From the NCBI GenBank assembly GCA_902492655.1, contig CABUMF010000005.1, positions 13,478 through 77,477 on the forward strand: a stretch of DNA of 64,000 nucleotides, in the 5' to 3' direction. The notes under the pieces are model-generated. The model had not been told where the DNA came from. It saw only the letters and a list, made by a program, of their open reading frames with translations, and searched no databases. Numbering within the stretch: position 1 is the stretch's first letter; each line of letters opens with the position of its first letter. Below are positions 37,913 through 48,011 of the stretch, piece after piece. A program made the translations under genes and the position numbers. Source of the DNA: an uncultured Eubacteriales bacterium (GTDB lineage Bacteria; Bacillota; Clostridia; HGM11514).

Positions 37913-39570
37913 ACCTCAACTATTACCGGAAGAAGCATGGGGCTTCTCTTGGTTTTTTCGTATATAAACTGCCCGAGCTTGTTTTTAACAGATGTTTTTA
38001 AGGAATTCCAGTCACGAATATTTCTTATTTCAAACTTATCTATTATCTCAAGCACAACAGTTTTCATTTCTTCCATTAAATCTTCCGATTCGCGGACATA
38101 CACAAAGCCTCTTGAAATAATATCCGGGCCGGCAATAAGCATTCCCGAATCACCCGAAAGCGTCATGACAACCACGATAAGCCCGTCCTTTGCAAGATGC
38201 TTTCTGTCTCGAAGCACGATATTTCCCACATCTCCTACCCCAAGACCGTCAACCAAAACTCTGCCCGAAGGAACGGAAGCGGTAATTCTTGCACTGTCCC
38301 CCGTCATTTCAATCACATTTCCTATATCGGCAATAATGCACCTTTTTCCGGGGATGCCCATAACCTGAGCAAGCTCCGAATGAAGCTTCAAATGGCGGTA
38401 TTCTCCGTGAACGGGTATAAAGAACTTAGGTTTTGTAAGAGCCATAATGATTTTAAGTTCTTCACGGCAGGCATGTCCCGAAACGTGAACATCCGCCATT
38501 GATTCGTAAATAACCTCAGCACCTTTTTTGAACAGCTCGTCAACCACTCTCGAAACAAGCTTTTCGTTTCCGGGAATGGGATTTGCGGAAATAACAACAA
38601 GGTCACTGTTTGTAATTTCAATCTGCTTATGGTCGGAAAACGCCATACGGGTAAGCCCCGACATAGCCTCTCCCTGACTACCGGTTGTAACGATAACAAC
38701 CTTGCTTTTGGGGTATCTGTTAACCTCCTCAATATCAATAAGAACATTGTCCGGAATATTGATATAACCGAGCTCCTCCGCAACACCTATGATATTGACC
38801 ATGCTTCGCCCTAAAATTGCGACTTTTCTTTTGTGATGGGCGGCAGAATCAATAATTTGCTGAACTCTGTGAATATTTGAAGCAAATGTTGCCACGATTA
38901 TGCGCTTGGAGCAATCTTTGAAAATATCCCTGAAGGATATTCCCACCGTACTTTCGCTCATTGCAAAGCCGGGACGCTCAACATTTGTACTGTCCGCCAT
39001 AAGCGCAAGCACGCCCTCCTTGCCCAGCTCACCGAAACGCGTAAGGTCAATCATCTCGCCGGAAATCGGCGTTGAATCTATTTTGAAATCGCCTGTGTGA
39101 ACAACTGTCCCCACAGGGGTGTGCAATGCGATTGCAACGGAATCCGCAATAGAGTGATTTGTGTGAATAAACTCAATGTTAAATGGCCCGACCTTAATTC
39201 TGCTGCCTGCCTTCACAATATTGAGCTTAGCCTTTACGGAATGTTCCTTAAGCTTGTTCTCAACAATTCCGAGGGTTAAGTGCGTACCGTAAACCGGCAC
39301 ATTGAACTGCTTCAAAAAATACGGCAATGCGCCGATATGATCTTCATGACCGTGAGTTAATACAACCGCCTTGACCTTTTCGGAATTCTTTTCAAGATAA
39401 GTGGTGTCGGGAATCACAAGGTCAATTCCCGGTGTATCGTCATCGGGAAACGCAAGCCCGCAGTCAAGCACAACAATAGTGTCGTTGTACTCAAACACAG
39501 TCATGTTTTTACCTATTTCATTAAGACCACCCAAAGGGATGATTTTAAGCTTCGCTTTTTTTAATGCCAA
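37909..39570 (-). CDS. rnj: ribonuclease J
   Basis: 553 aa. Metallo-beta-lactamase HxHxDH motif (LTHGHEDHIG), beta-CASP and C-terminal domains. Confidence 0.92.
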   Translation of the reverse strand: MALKKAKLKIIPLGGLNEIGKNMTVFEYNDTIVVLDCGLAFPDDDTPGIDLVIPDTTYLEKNSEKVKAVVLTHGHEDHIGALPYFLKQFNVPVYGTHLTLGIVENKLKEHSVKAKLNIVKAGSRIKVGPFNIEFIHTNHSIADSVAIALHTPVGTVVHTGDFKIDSTPISGEMIDLTRFGELGKEGVLALMADSTNVERPGFAMSESTVGISFRDIFKDCSKRIIVATFASNIHRVQQIIDSAAHHKRKVAILGRSMVNIIGVAEELGYINIPDNVLIDIEEVNRYPKSKVVIVTTGSQGEAMSGLTRMAFSDHKQIEITNSDLVVISANPIPGNEKLVSRVVDELFKKGAEVIYESMADVHVSGHACREELKIIMALTKPKFFIPVHGEYRHLKLHSELAQVMGIPGKRCIIADIGNVIEMTGDSARITASVPSGRVLVDGLGVGDVGNIVLRDRKHLAKDGLIVVVMTLSGDSGMLIAGPDIISRGFVYVRESEDLMEEMKTVVLEIIDKFEIRNIRDWNSLKTSVKNKLGQFIYEKTKRSPMLLPVIVEV

Positions 39571-39797
39571 AAAATATAACCTCCAATTCTAAGTTAAGAA
39601 TAGCACAAACATATAAACCTTACCGGTATCAATAAGGCTCATCAAAAGTAGCTATTTTACAGGTCCTGTCGCTCCGACCCGTATTTTTCGTAAGGAAAAG
39701 CTCCTCTAAGTACAAAACCGCCTTCGAGTGTACATAACATAACACCCGACAGGAAATCATCAATTAATATTATACCCAATTTTTATGATAATGTCAA
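39571..39797 (-). promoter_or_regulatory. rnj promoter (TTGACA-16-TATAAT) and ~190-nt structured 5' leader
   Basis: Minus-strand consensus hexamers at 39792-39797 and 39770-39775. The leader has long-range complementarity (CCTGTCG ... CGACAGG) and internal hairpins. Confidence 0.55.
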
Positions 39798-39845
39798 TAT
39801 TTTTTAGGCAATTTGATTGAAAATTATTTTTTTTAATAATACCTC

Positions 39846-39873
39846 TTGCAATATTTTTTAAAATGTGTATAAT
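39846..39873 (+). promoter_or_regulatory. promoter of sugar-phosphate isomerase gene (TTGCAA-16-TGTATAAT)
   Basis: Extended -10 promoter, divergent from the rnj promoter. Confidence 0.55.
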
Positions 39874-39925
39874 GAAGTTGAAAGGGCTTGAGCAGCCCAA
39901 AATTAAGAGAATGGGAGATAATCGT

Positions 39926-40693
39926 ATGATTAAAAAAATCGGACTTCAGCTTTATTCCATAAGAGATTATATGAAAACTGCTGAAGAAATGAGAGCGTCT
40001 TTTAGAAGACTGAAAGACATGGGCTATGACGAGGCTCAGACAGCCGGAAGCGGCGGCGTAACTTACACCGAGTTGGCGGAAATTGCAAAAGAAACAGGTA
40101 TTGAAATTGTCGGCACCCACTACAGCTGGGACGATATGCACAACAATTTCGAGCAAACGCTTGCTGATCACAGGGCTATGGGAACAACAAACTGCGGAAT
40201 CGGAGGACAGTTCGGGCTCTCCTCCGAATCGGCTACGAAAAACTTCATAGAAGCCGCAAACAAAATCGCTGATAAGCTCTATGATAACGGTCTCAAATTT
40301 ACATACCACAACCACAGCCACGAATTTGTTAAGATTAATGATAAAGACACAATTTGGGACTTACTTGTTGAAGGGCTTGACCCGGTAAAGACCTCTTTTG
40401 TGCTTGACACCTGTTGGGTTCAGCAGGGCGGTGCCGATGTAAGGCATTGGATCGAGCTCCTCAAAGGCAGAGTTGACATTCTCCACCTGAAGGATGTAGG
40501 CAGAAGAGGCGGAGATAAACCTCTTTTCTTTACGGAAATCGGTAACGGAAATCTTTGGTGGGAAGGAATAATAGAGAGTGCCGTAAACAGCGGAGTTAAG
40601 CATTATTGCGTTGAGCAGGACGGCGAATGGCTTTATAACGACCCCTTCAAAAGCCTTGAAATAAGTTCAAAGTTCCTTCACAAATTCATGTAA
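39926..40693 (+). CDS. sugar phosphate isomerase/epimerase (xylose isomerase-like TIM barrel family)
   Basis: About 255 aa with family-typical motifs (GYDEAQTAG, HYSWDD, DTCWVQQGGAD). Start at the ATG with a GGGAGA RBS; the upstream extension overlaps the promoter. Confidence 0.75.
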   Translation: MIKKIGLQLYSIRDYMKTAEEMRASFRRLKDMGYDEAQTAGSGGVTYTELAEIAKETGIEIVGTHYSWDDMHNNFEQTLADHRAMGTTNCGIGGQFGLSSESATKNFIEAANKIADKLYDNGLKFTYHNHSHEFVKINDKDTIWDLLVEGLDPVKTSFVLDTCWVQQGGADVRHWIELLKGRVDILHLKDVGRRGGDKPLFFTEIGNGNLWWEGIIESAVNSGVKHYCVEQDGEWLYNDPFKSLEISSKFLHKFM

Positions 40694-40699
40694 AAACTT

Positions 40700-40734
40700 A
40701 AAAAACAGTCCCTTTTTTGGGGACTGTTTTTTTC
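40700..40734. terminator. bidirectional intrinsic terminator (ACAGTCCC-TTTTTT-GGGGACTGT + T6)
   Basis: Perfect stem flanked by A- and T-tracts between convergent genes. Confidence 0.8.
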
Positions 40735-40743
40735 GAGTTTTTA

Positions 40744-41907
40744 CTATTTTATTACTCTTACCTTTATCACGCCGTCGATTGAAGAAATAATCGAATCCGT
40801 ATCGTCCGAAACGCTTCCGGCAAGATCAATGATTGAATAAGCGACATCGCCGCGGCTCTTGTTTGTGAAATGCTCAATATTAACATTCTTTTCACCGAGC
40901 TTTGCGGAAATGTGGTTAATCATGTTGGGAACATTTTTATGAAGAACGCAAATTCTTACATCCGTTGTGCGAGGAGCGGAAACACAGGGGAAATTAACGG
41001 AATTTATAACATTTCCGTCTTCGATATAAGCCTTGATTTCTTTAGCAGCCATAACCGCACAGTTATCCTCGGATTCCGGAGTTGAAGCTCCGAGATGAGG
41101 AATTGCAATAACATTTTCAACGCCGATTACCGAAGCGTCCGGAAAATCCGTAACATAGCATGAAACCTTACCGCTTGCAAGTGCCGCCTTAATATCGTCA
41201 TTATTTACAAGACCGCCCCTTGCGAAGTTGAGAATTCTCACGCCGTCCTTCATTTTTGCGATTGAATCGGCGCAGACAGTGTTCTTGGTAGAATCGTTAA
41301 GGGGAACATGAATTGTGATATAATCGGAAACTGCAAAAATTTCATCAATAGTCTTTGCGTGCTTAACGGCTCTTGAAAGCCCCCATGCTCCGTCAACGGA
41401 AATATAAGGGTCAAAGCCGACAACATTCATTCCCAGTCCCACAGCGGCATTTGCAACCAGAATACCGATTGCGCCAAGACCTATAATACCGAGTGTTTTA
41501 CCTTCAATTTCAGGGCCTACAAACTGACTTTTACCTTTTTCAACAAGCTTTGCGGCATCATCTTTGCCGGCAAGTGTTTTAGCCCAGTCGATACCCTGAG
41601 CGATTTTTCTCGAAGAAAGCAGAAGTCCTGCAATAACAAGCTCCTTTACCGCATTTGCGTTTGCACCGGGTGTGTTAAATACCGCAATTCCGGCATCGGT
41701 GCACTTTTCAATCGGGATATTATTAACACCTGCGCCCGCTCTTGCAATGGCAATTACGCTTTGGGGAATATCCATATCATGCATTGCCGCACTTCTTACC
41801 ATAATCGCATCGGGATTTGCAACGCTGTCCGAGCAGGCATAAGCGTCCGGATCGAGGACATTAAGCCCTATTTTTGAGATTTTATTCAACAAAAGAATGT
41901 TTTTCAT
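40744..41907 (-). CDS. serA: D-3-phosphoglycerate dehydrogenase with C-terminal ACT domain
   Basis: 387 aa. 2-hydroxyacid dehydrogenase NAD-binding motif (GIIGLGAIGILVA) and a C-terminal ACT domain. Adjacent to serC. Confidence 0.88.
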   Translation of the reverse strand: MKNILLLNKISKIGLNVLDPDAYACSDSVANPDAIMVRSAAMHDMDIPQSVIAIARAGAGVNNIPIEKCTDAGIAVFNTPGANANAVKELVIAGLLLSSRKIAQGIDWAKTLAGKDDAAKLVEKGKSQFVGPEIEGKTLGIIGLGAIGILVANAAVGLGMNVVGFDPYISVDGAWGLSRAVKHAKTIDEIFAVSDYITIHVPLNDSTKNTVCADSIAKMKDGVRILNFARGGLVNNDDIKAALASGKVSCYVTDFPDASVIGVENVIAIPHLGASTPESEDNCAVMAAKEIKAYIEDGNVINSVNFPCVSAPRTTDVRICVLHKNVPNMINHISAKLGEKNVNIEHFTNKSRGDVAYSIIDLAGSVSDDTDSIISSIDGVIKVRVIK

Positions 41908-41922
41908 TATTAAACGCTCTCC

Positions 41923-43005
41923 TTATTTGTTTTCAAGTTCAAATTTCTTCATAAATTCGATGAGACTCTTTACGCCTTCAATGGGCATAGCATTGTAAAT
42001 GGACGCTCTCATTCCGCCTACAGTTCTGTGTCCCTTAAGATTTACAAAGCCTGCCGCCTTGGATTCCTTAACAAATTTAGCATCAAGCTCTTCATTTCCC
42101 GTTACAAAGGGAATGTTCATCAAAGATCTGTCCTCGGGCACAACGGTTCCTTTGAACATCGAGGAATTATCAAGATAATCATAGAAAAGCTTTGCCTTTT
42201 CGCGGTTGATCTTTTCGATTGCGGGAATACCGCCGAGGGACTTGAGCCACTCAAGAACAAGCATACACATATAAATTGAATATGTGGGCGGTGTGTTGAA
42301 CATTGAACCGTTATCCGCATGGGTTTTGTAATTGAACATCGTCGGACAGCTCTCCGGAGCAAATCCTATAAGGTCGTTTCTCACGATTACAACGGTAAGT
42401 CCGGCAGGTGCCATATTCTTCTGCGCTCCTGCATAGATAAGAGCAAATTTGGTTACATCAAAATCCTCCGAAAGTATGCAGGAAGACAAATCCGCCGCAA
42501 GCGGAATGTCGCCCGTATCGGGGATTGTGTTATATTTTGTACCGTAGATTGTGTTGTTCATTGTGATGTGAACATAATCCGCATCGGGTGAAAACATTGA
42601 TTTGTCAAGCTTGGGAATATAAGAGAAGGTCTTATCCTCACTTGAAGCAACGATATTTACTTCACCGAATTTTTTAGCTTCGTTTGCGGCTTTTTTTGCC
42701 CACTGTCCCGTAACAACGGCATCCATCTTCTTGTTCTTGGTCATAAGATTGAGAGGAATCATTGCAAACTGCGAGGACGCTCCGCCCTGCAAAAACAATA
42801 CCGTATAATTATCCGGAATATGCATAAGCTCACGAAGGAGAGCCTCTGTATTATCAATAATTGCTTTATATTCAGCCGAGCGGTGGCTCATTTCCATAAC
42901 GGACTGACCGCTTCCCTCATAATCCAGCATCTGTTCTGCCGCCTTTTTAAGAGCAGCTTCGGGAAGCATTGAAGGGCCGGCGGAAAAATTATAAACTCTT
43001 GACAT
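41923..43005 (-). CDS. serC: phosphoserine aminotransferase
   Basis: Class V aminotransferase with SerC N-terminus (MSRVYNFSAGPSMLPE). Start at the second ATG, 9 nt after GGAGG. Confidence 0.9.
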   Translation of the reverse strand: MSRVYNFSAGPSMLPEAALKKAAEQMLDYEGSGQSVMEMSHRSAEYKAIIDNTEALLRELMHIPDNYTVLFLQGGASSQFAMIPLNLMTKNKKMDAVVTGQWAKKAANEAKKFGEVNIVASSEDKTFSYIPKLDKSMFSPDADYVHITMNNTIYGTKYNTIPDTGDIPLAADLSSCILSEDFDVTKFALIYAGAQKNMAPAGLTVVIVRNDLIGFAPESCPTMFNYKTHADNGSMFNTPPTYSIYMCMLVLEWLKSLGGIPAIEKINREKAKLFYDYLDNSSMFKGTVVPEDRSLMNIPFVTGNEELDAKFVKESKAAGFVNLKGHRTVGGMRASIYNAMPIEGVKSLIEFMKKFELENK

Positions 43006-43364
43006 TATAAAAACCTCCATGTAGATTGTTTGATTTTTAACAATCTAAAATAATATTTAAAAACAATACATTCATTATACAACTTTTGCACCGCAAGGTC
43101 AAGGGATTTTGCGAAAAAATCAACCATTCGGGGATTTATCTGCATATTTCACAAAAAAATCAACCAACGGTTAAATTCTTTTTATCAAAATTTAATTCAA
43201 CTAAAACATCAAAAACCGATTTTTTACAATCTGATATATAATGTAATATATTTTTCACATTATTTTGACATATTTTTTATAAAATAACTATTGCAAATTC
43301 TAAAGTTTTGTTGTATAATAGTTAGGTCATGCAAAACACATTATTTCGGAAAGGACAATTTTGT

Positions 43365-44036
43365 ATGTCAAAGACAGCGATTGACGGTCCTTCTGGGGCA
43401 GGCAAAAGCACAATAGCAAAATCGGTTGCCGACAGGCTCGGCTGGATATATATTGATACGGGCGCTATGTACAGAGCGGCAGGTCTGTTTGCTTTAAGGC
43501 ACGGCGTTTCCATTGCAGAGGACAATGCCGGCGTAATCGCACTGCTTCCAAAGCTCGATATAAAAATAGGATATGAAAACGGCTGTCAAAGGGTGTATCT
43601 TTGCAAAGAGGATGTTTCGGATAAAATCAGAACTCCCGAGATTTCCCGAGCCGCATCCGAAATATCGGCGATACCCGAGGTAAGGCGGAAGCTTGTTGAC
43701 CTTCAAAGGGAGCTTTCATCGGGCTGCGATGTGGTTATGGACGGGCGTGACATAGGAACGGTTGTTTTTCCGGATGCCGAGGTTAAGATTTTTCTTACCG
43801 CAAGCCCCGAGATGAGGGCAAAAAGAAGGTTTGCCGAGCTTTCGGAAAAGGACAAAAGCATTTCTTACGAAGATGTGCTTGCCGATATGATTAAACGTGA
43901 CAAAAACGATACAACGCGTGCCGCATCGCCGCTTAAGTGCGCAAAGGACGCTGTTTTGCTCGACACTTCCGAGCTTAATTTAGAGGAGTCGGTTCAGGCT
44001 GTTCTCGATATAATAAATGAAAAGTTGAGCCTTTAA
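43365..44036 (+). CDS. cmk: cytidylate kinase
   Basis: IDGPSGAGKSTIAK P-loop and full-length Cmk similarity. Start at the internal ATG (MSKTAIDGP). Confidence 0.9.
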   Translation: MSKTAIDGPSGAGKSTIAKSVADRLGWIYIDTGAMYRAAGLFALRHGVSIAEDNAGVIALLPKLDIKIGYENGCQRVYLCKEDVSDKIRTPEISRAASEISAIPEVRRKLVDLQRELSSGCDVVMDGRDIGTVVFPDAEVKIFLTASPEMRAKRRFAELSEKDKSISYEDVLADMIKRDKNDTTRAASPLKCAKDAVLLDTSELNLEESVQAVLDIINEKLSL

Positions 44037-44039
44037 GCT

Positions 44040-44615
44040 ATGATATATAAGTTTTCAAAAGCCTTATTGAGGTTGTTTTTCAGAATAATATTCAGGGTTA
44101 AAATTAACGGCAATGCCCCTACATTCGGTGCTTGCATACTGTGTGCAAACCACACCAGCTATTTTGACCCTGTTGTACTCGGTGCATTTTGCGACAGGAA
44201 GCTTTCGTTTATGGCGAAAAAAGAGCTGTTTAACAATAAACTGTTCGGTTTTCTGATTAAAAAGCTGGGTGCTTTTCCGGTTGACCGCAGTAAGGCAGAC
44301 ATTTCTGCAATAAAAAATTCTCTTTCGATACTGAAAAACGGCGGTGCAATGCTTATGTTCCCTGAAGGGACAAGGGTGAAGGACGGCGATTCCTCTGCCG
44401 CAAAGGCAGGTATGGTCTTGCTTTCTCACAAAGCAGGCGCACCGATTATCCCGGTAAATATCAATTCAAAGTTCAGACTGTTTTCAAAGCTTACCATTAC
44501 ATTCGGAAAGCCCATTGTTCTTACCGAATATGAAGGAAAAAAGCTTTCATCCGATGAGATGAGTGCGATTGCGGTAGATATTCTTTCCGAAATCAAGGCG
44601 CTTGCAAAGGATTGA
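44040..44615 (+). CDS. plsC: 1-acyl-sn-glycerol-3-phosphate acyltransferase
   Basis: LPLAT motifs (NHTSYFD with the HxxxxD block, and FPEGTR). 191 aa. Confidence 0.85.
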   Translation: MIYKFSKALLRLFFRIIFRVKINGNAPTFGACILCANHTSYFDPVVLGAFCDRKLSFMAKKELFNNKLFGFLIKKLGAFPVDRSKADISAIKNSLSILKNGGAMLMFPEGTRVKDGDSSAAKAGMVLLSHKAGAPIIPVNINSKFRLFSKLTITFGKPIVLTEYEGKKLSSDEMSAIAVDILSEIKALAKD

Positions 44616-44619
44616 TAAT

Positions 44620-46596
44620 ATGAATATCGAAGTTGCAAAAACTGCCGGTTTCTGTTTCGGTGTCAACCGCGCGGTAAACATGGTTTACGATTCGCTTGGA
44701 AAGTATAAAAATCCCGTAACGCTCGGCCCGATAATTCATAACCCTCAGGTTGTCGATGACCTCCGGTCACGCGGAGTAAAGGTGATTTCAAGCGTTTTTG
44801 AAGCGGATGAGTCCAATACGGTCGTTATTCGTGCACACGGAGTTCCGAAGGCTGATTATGAATATCTTGAAGCCAAAGGGATTTCATATATAGATACCAC
44901 CTGTCCGTTTGTAAAAAAGATTCATAATATAGTAAAAAAGCAATACGAGTCAGGTGACAGGATTATTATTGCGGGCGACGGTACGCATCCCGAGGTAATC
45001 GGGATAAACGGCTGGTGCGATAATTCCGCATTAATCATTTCTTCACCCGATGAGCTTACGGACGAAATTCTCGGGCTTCCCTCAGCATCGCTTGTTGCGC
45101 AGACTACACTGAATCGTTTTATATGGGAGCAAATAATATCGAAAATTTCAGGCAATAATATCAAGGTATTCGATACAATTTGCAGCGCAACAAAGGAAAG
45201 GCAAGAAGAAGCGGAAAAAATTGCAAAGCGTTCCGATGCTATGATAGTTATCGGAGGCACAAACAGCTCAAACACTAAAAAATTAGTATATATATGCAGT
45301 CGTTTCTGTCCTGCATATCATATAGAAGGCGCAGACCAGCTACCCAAAAATATCGAGGGTAAAAATATCGGTATTACCGCAGGGGCATCAACTCCGGCGG
45401 GTATAATTAAGGAGGTTATTCAGACAATGACAGAAGAAAACACAATCGCTCAGGGCGAAATCAACTTTGCCGATGAGTTGGAAAAATCGTTCAAAACTTT
45501 AAATACAGGAGACATTGTAACGGGTACTGTTATACGCATTACCCCTACAGAGGTATATGTTGACCTCGGCGCAAAAGCCGACGGCTTCATACCGGCAGAT
45601 GAGCTTGGTGCAGCTCCCGGAACAAATCCTGCTGATGTTGTTAAGGTTGGCGACGAAATCGAGGTTTTCGTAGTAAGAGTGAACGATGTTGAAGGCACAA
45701 TTCAGCTTTCCAGAAAGAAAATTGCCAATATGAAGGACTGGGAAGTAATGAAAGAAGCTATGGAAAACGAAACCGTTCTCGAAGGAAAGGTTTTGGAAAC
45801 GGTAAACGGCGGCATGATTATGCTTGTCAACTCTCTCAGAGTTTTCGTTCCCGCATCCTTGGCAAATGACAGATTTATGAGAGATCTCACTCCCTTAATC
45901 GGAAAAGAGCTTCCTCTCAGAATTATTGATGTTAATCCGAGAAGGCATAAAATCGTCGGCTCGGTTAAGTCGGTTCTTGCCGAAAGACGCGCGGCTCAGC
46001 TTAAGGAAGTTTGGGACAACATCGAAATCGGCAAAAAATACAAGGGTGTTGTTAAATCACTTACACAGTTCGGTGCATTCGTTGACATCGGCGGCGTTGA
46101 CGGACTTATTCACATTAGTGAGCTTTCCTGGAAGAAAATCAAGCATCCTTCCGAAGTTGTAAATGTCGGAGATGTTGTTGATACATTCGTTATTGATTTC
46201 AACAAGGAAACGGGCAAGATTTCTCTCGGCTACAAGAACCCCGAGGATGATCCGTGGAAAAAGGTTGAAGCAATGAATGTGGGCGATGTTGTTAAGTGCA
46301 AGGTTGTAAGACTTGTTCCGTTCGGAGCATTTGTTGAGGTTGTACCGGAGGTTGACGGTCTGGTACATATCTCCCAGATTGCCGACAAACACATTGCAAA
46401 ACCCGGAGATGTTCTTGAAATCGGTCAGGAAGTTGAAGCTAAAATTCTTGAAATCGACCTTGAAGGTTCCAAAAAGAAAATCAGCCTCAGCATAAAGCAG
46501 GCTAACGAGCCGGCTGCACAAGAAGCTGAAGAAGCTACTGAAGCACCTGCTGAAGTTGAAGAAACACCTGTGGAAGAACCTGCAACAGAAGAATAA
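44620..46596 (+). CDS. ispH: bifunctional 4-hydroxy-3-methylbut-2-enyl diphosphate reductase (IspH/LytB) / ribosomal protein S1 (four S1 domains) fusion
   Basis: The N-terminal ~280 aa is LytB (AKTAGFCFGVNRAV, conserved Cys residues). The C-terminal part has four S1 repeats and an acidic tail. It lies in a cmk-plsC-ispH/rpsA cluster. Confidence 0.9.
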   Translation: MNIEVAKTAGFCFGVNRAVNMVYDSLGKYKNPVTLGPIIHNPQVVDDLRSRGVKVISSVFEADESNTVVIRAHGVPKADYEYLEAKGISYIDTTCPFVKKIHNIVKKQYESGDRIIIAGDGTHPEVIGINGWCDNSALIISSPDELTDEILGLPSASLVAQTTLNRFIWEQIISKISGNNIKVFDTICSATKERQEEAEKIAKRSDAMIVIGGTNSSNTKKLVYICSRFCPAYHIEGADQLPKNIEGKNIGITAGASTPAGIIKEVIQTMTEENTIAQGEINFADELEKSFKTLNTGDIVTGTVIRITPTEVYVDLGAKADGFIPADELGAAPGTNPADVVKVGDEIEVFVVRVNDVEGTIQLSRKKIANMKDWEVMKEAMENETVLEGKVLETVNGGMIMLVNSLRVFVPASLANDRFMRDLTPLIGKELPLRIIDVNPRRHKIVGSVKSVLAERRAAQLKEVWDNIEIGKKYKGVVKSLTQFGAFVDIGGVDGLIHISELSWKKIKHPSEVVNVGDVVDTFVIDFNKETGKISLGYKNPEDDPWKKVEAMNVGDVVKCKVVRLVPFGAFVEVVPEVDGLVHISQIADKHIAKPGDVLEIGQEVEAKILEIDLEGSKKKISLSIKQANEPAAQEAEEATEAPAEVEETPVEEPATEE

Positions 46597-46611
46597 TTCC
46601 AATGTATATTT

Positions 46612-46655
46612 TGCACCCGGACTGCTGTGAAATCCGCAACCGGGTGCATTTATTT
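46612..46655 (+). terminator. intrinsic terminator after ispH-rpsA
   Basis: TGCACCCGG ... CCGGGTGCA 9-bp stem followed by TTTATTT. Confidence 0.7.
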
Positions 46656-46669
46656 AGGAGGTTTTGTAC

Positions 46670-47941
46670 ATGAAAAAATCGTTTTTAAAAGCATTATCCG
46701 TTGTTCTTTCGCTTCTTTTGACGGTTTCTGTTTTTTCGTCATGCAATTCCGAAAAAGAGGTTAAACCCGTTATTGAAGAAAAATACTCAAAACCGCTTTA
46801 TTATGTCGAGGACGGCACATTCGGCTATAATATATATGAAGACCATGCAGAGGTCAAAAACTTTTTCGGAGCAGACACGCTTGAGGTTACAATCCCCTCC
46901 GAGATTGAAGATGCCAAAGCCGGCACAAAAAAGCCTGTTACGGTTATAGGAAAGGGCTCCTTTAACGCAGATACGGGTGCTCAGATTCTTAACATTTCCG
47001 ATACGGTTACCGAAATCAGAAAAGGTGCGTTTCGTGACTGTACGGGCATTGAAATTGTCAATTTCGGCAAAAATGTCAAAAGAATTGATACCGAAGCGTT
47101 TTATAACTGCATGGCAATCCGTGAGCTTAATCTTTCGGACTCTGTTGAAAGCATTGGAAAAAGTGCATTTTACGGCTGTTCGACTTTAGAAAAGCTTGAC
47201 CTTTTAAATGTCAGAGACATCGGAGATAATGCCTTTGAAAAATGTATAAGCCTCAATGAGATTTCCGGTGGCGATAAGCTTAATATTGTCGGTAAGGATG
47301 CGCTTTCCGACACTCCGTGGTTTGCCTCTCAAACATCGGAATTTGCCGCTTTGGGGAAGGTGCTCATTAAATATAACGGCTCCTCAAACGAGATAAATCT
47401 TGACGATAAAATCGAAAGCGTCGGAAACGCTTTTGCCGGGAATGAAAATATCACAAAAATCAATATGCCCTCCGTGAAATTCATATGCAACGAAGCATTT
47501 TCGGGCTGCACATCGCTTTCCGATGTAACTATTTCGGAGGATGCGGAATTTGTCGGATGCTCCGCATTTGAAGGTACCCCTTACCTTTCGTCCCTGTCGC
47601 CTGATAATGAAGGATTTTTAAAAATAGGAAAGGTGCTCGTCAAATACACAGGAAATTCCGCTTCCGTTCAAATACCGGATGATGTCAAGATGATTTCCGA
47701 TGCATTTGCGGAAAATTCCGCATTAACTGAAATTATAACCGGAAATTCCCTTGAAAAAATCGGAAAGAACGCATTTTTTAATTGCACCGCTTTGGAAAAT
47801 GTCGTTATAGGTGAAAAAGTTAAGTATATTGACCCTGCAGCTTTTGAAGACTGCCACATTTCAAGCTTTAATGTCGGTAAAAATGTCTATGCCGCATATT
47901 GGGCAAGCAGTATTGGATTAAGCCCCATATACGATGAATAA
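46670..47941 (+). CDS. BspA-type leucine-rich repeat surface lipoprotein
   Basis: Lipoprotein signal (LLLTVSVFSSCNS) followed by about nine 22-24-aa repeats of the I.xIGxxAFxxCxxLxxVxIP type, typical of Treponema/Bacteroides BspA-like LRRs. Confidence 0.8.
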   Translation: MKKSFLKALSVVLSLLLTVSVFSSCNSEKEVKPVIEEKYSKPLYYVEDGTFGYNIYEDHAEVKNFFGADTLEVTIPSEIEDAKAGTKKPVTVIGKGSFNADTGAQILNISDTVTEIRKGAFRDCTGIEIVNFGKNVKRIDTEAFYNCMAIRELNLSDSVESIGKSAFYGCSTLEKLDLLNVRDIGDNAFEKCISLNEISGGDKLNIVGKDALSDTPWFASQTSEFAALGKVLIKYNGSSNEINLDDKIESVGNAFAGNENITKINMPSVKFICNEAFSGCTSLSDVTISEDAEFVGCSAFEGTPYLSSLSPDNEGFLKIGKVLVKYTGNSASVQIPDDVKMISDAFAENSALTEIITGNSLEKIGKNAFFNCTALENVVIGEKVKYIDPAAFEDCHISSFNVGKNVYAAYWASSIGLSPIYDE

Positions 47942-47957
47942 CAAAATATCACTATAA

Positions 47958-47995
47958 ATTAAAAGCAACCCAAGCTCTTTTGGGTTGCTTTTAAT
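47958..47995. terminator. bidirectional intrinsic terminator (11-bp stem AAAGCAACCCA/TGGGTTGCTTT)
   Basis: Perfect stem with an 8-nt loop, between convergent genes. Confidence 0.7.
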
Positions 47996-48011
47996 CTAAA
48001 ATACCATATTT

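Noticed and set aside
43021-43328. Possible T-box or other riboswitch leader upstream of serC in the 300-bp AT-rich region
   Set aside because: No T-box core (AATTAGGGTGGNACCGCG) or specifier/antiterminator arrangement could be found by eye. The region is shared with the divergent cmk promoter.
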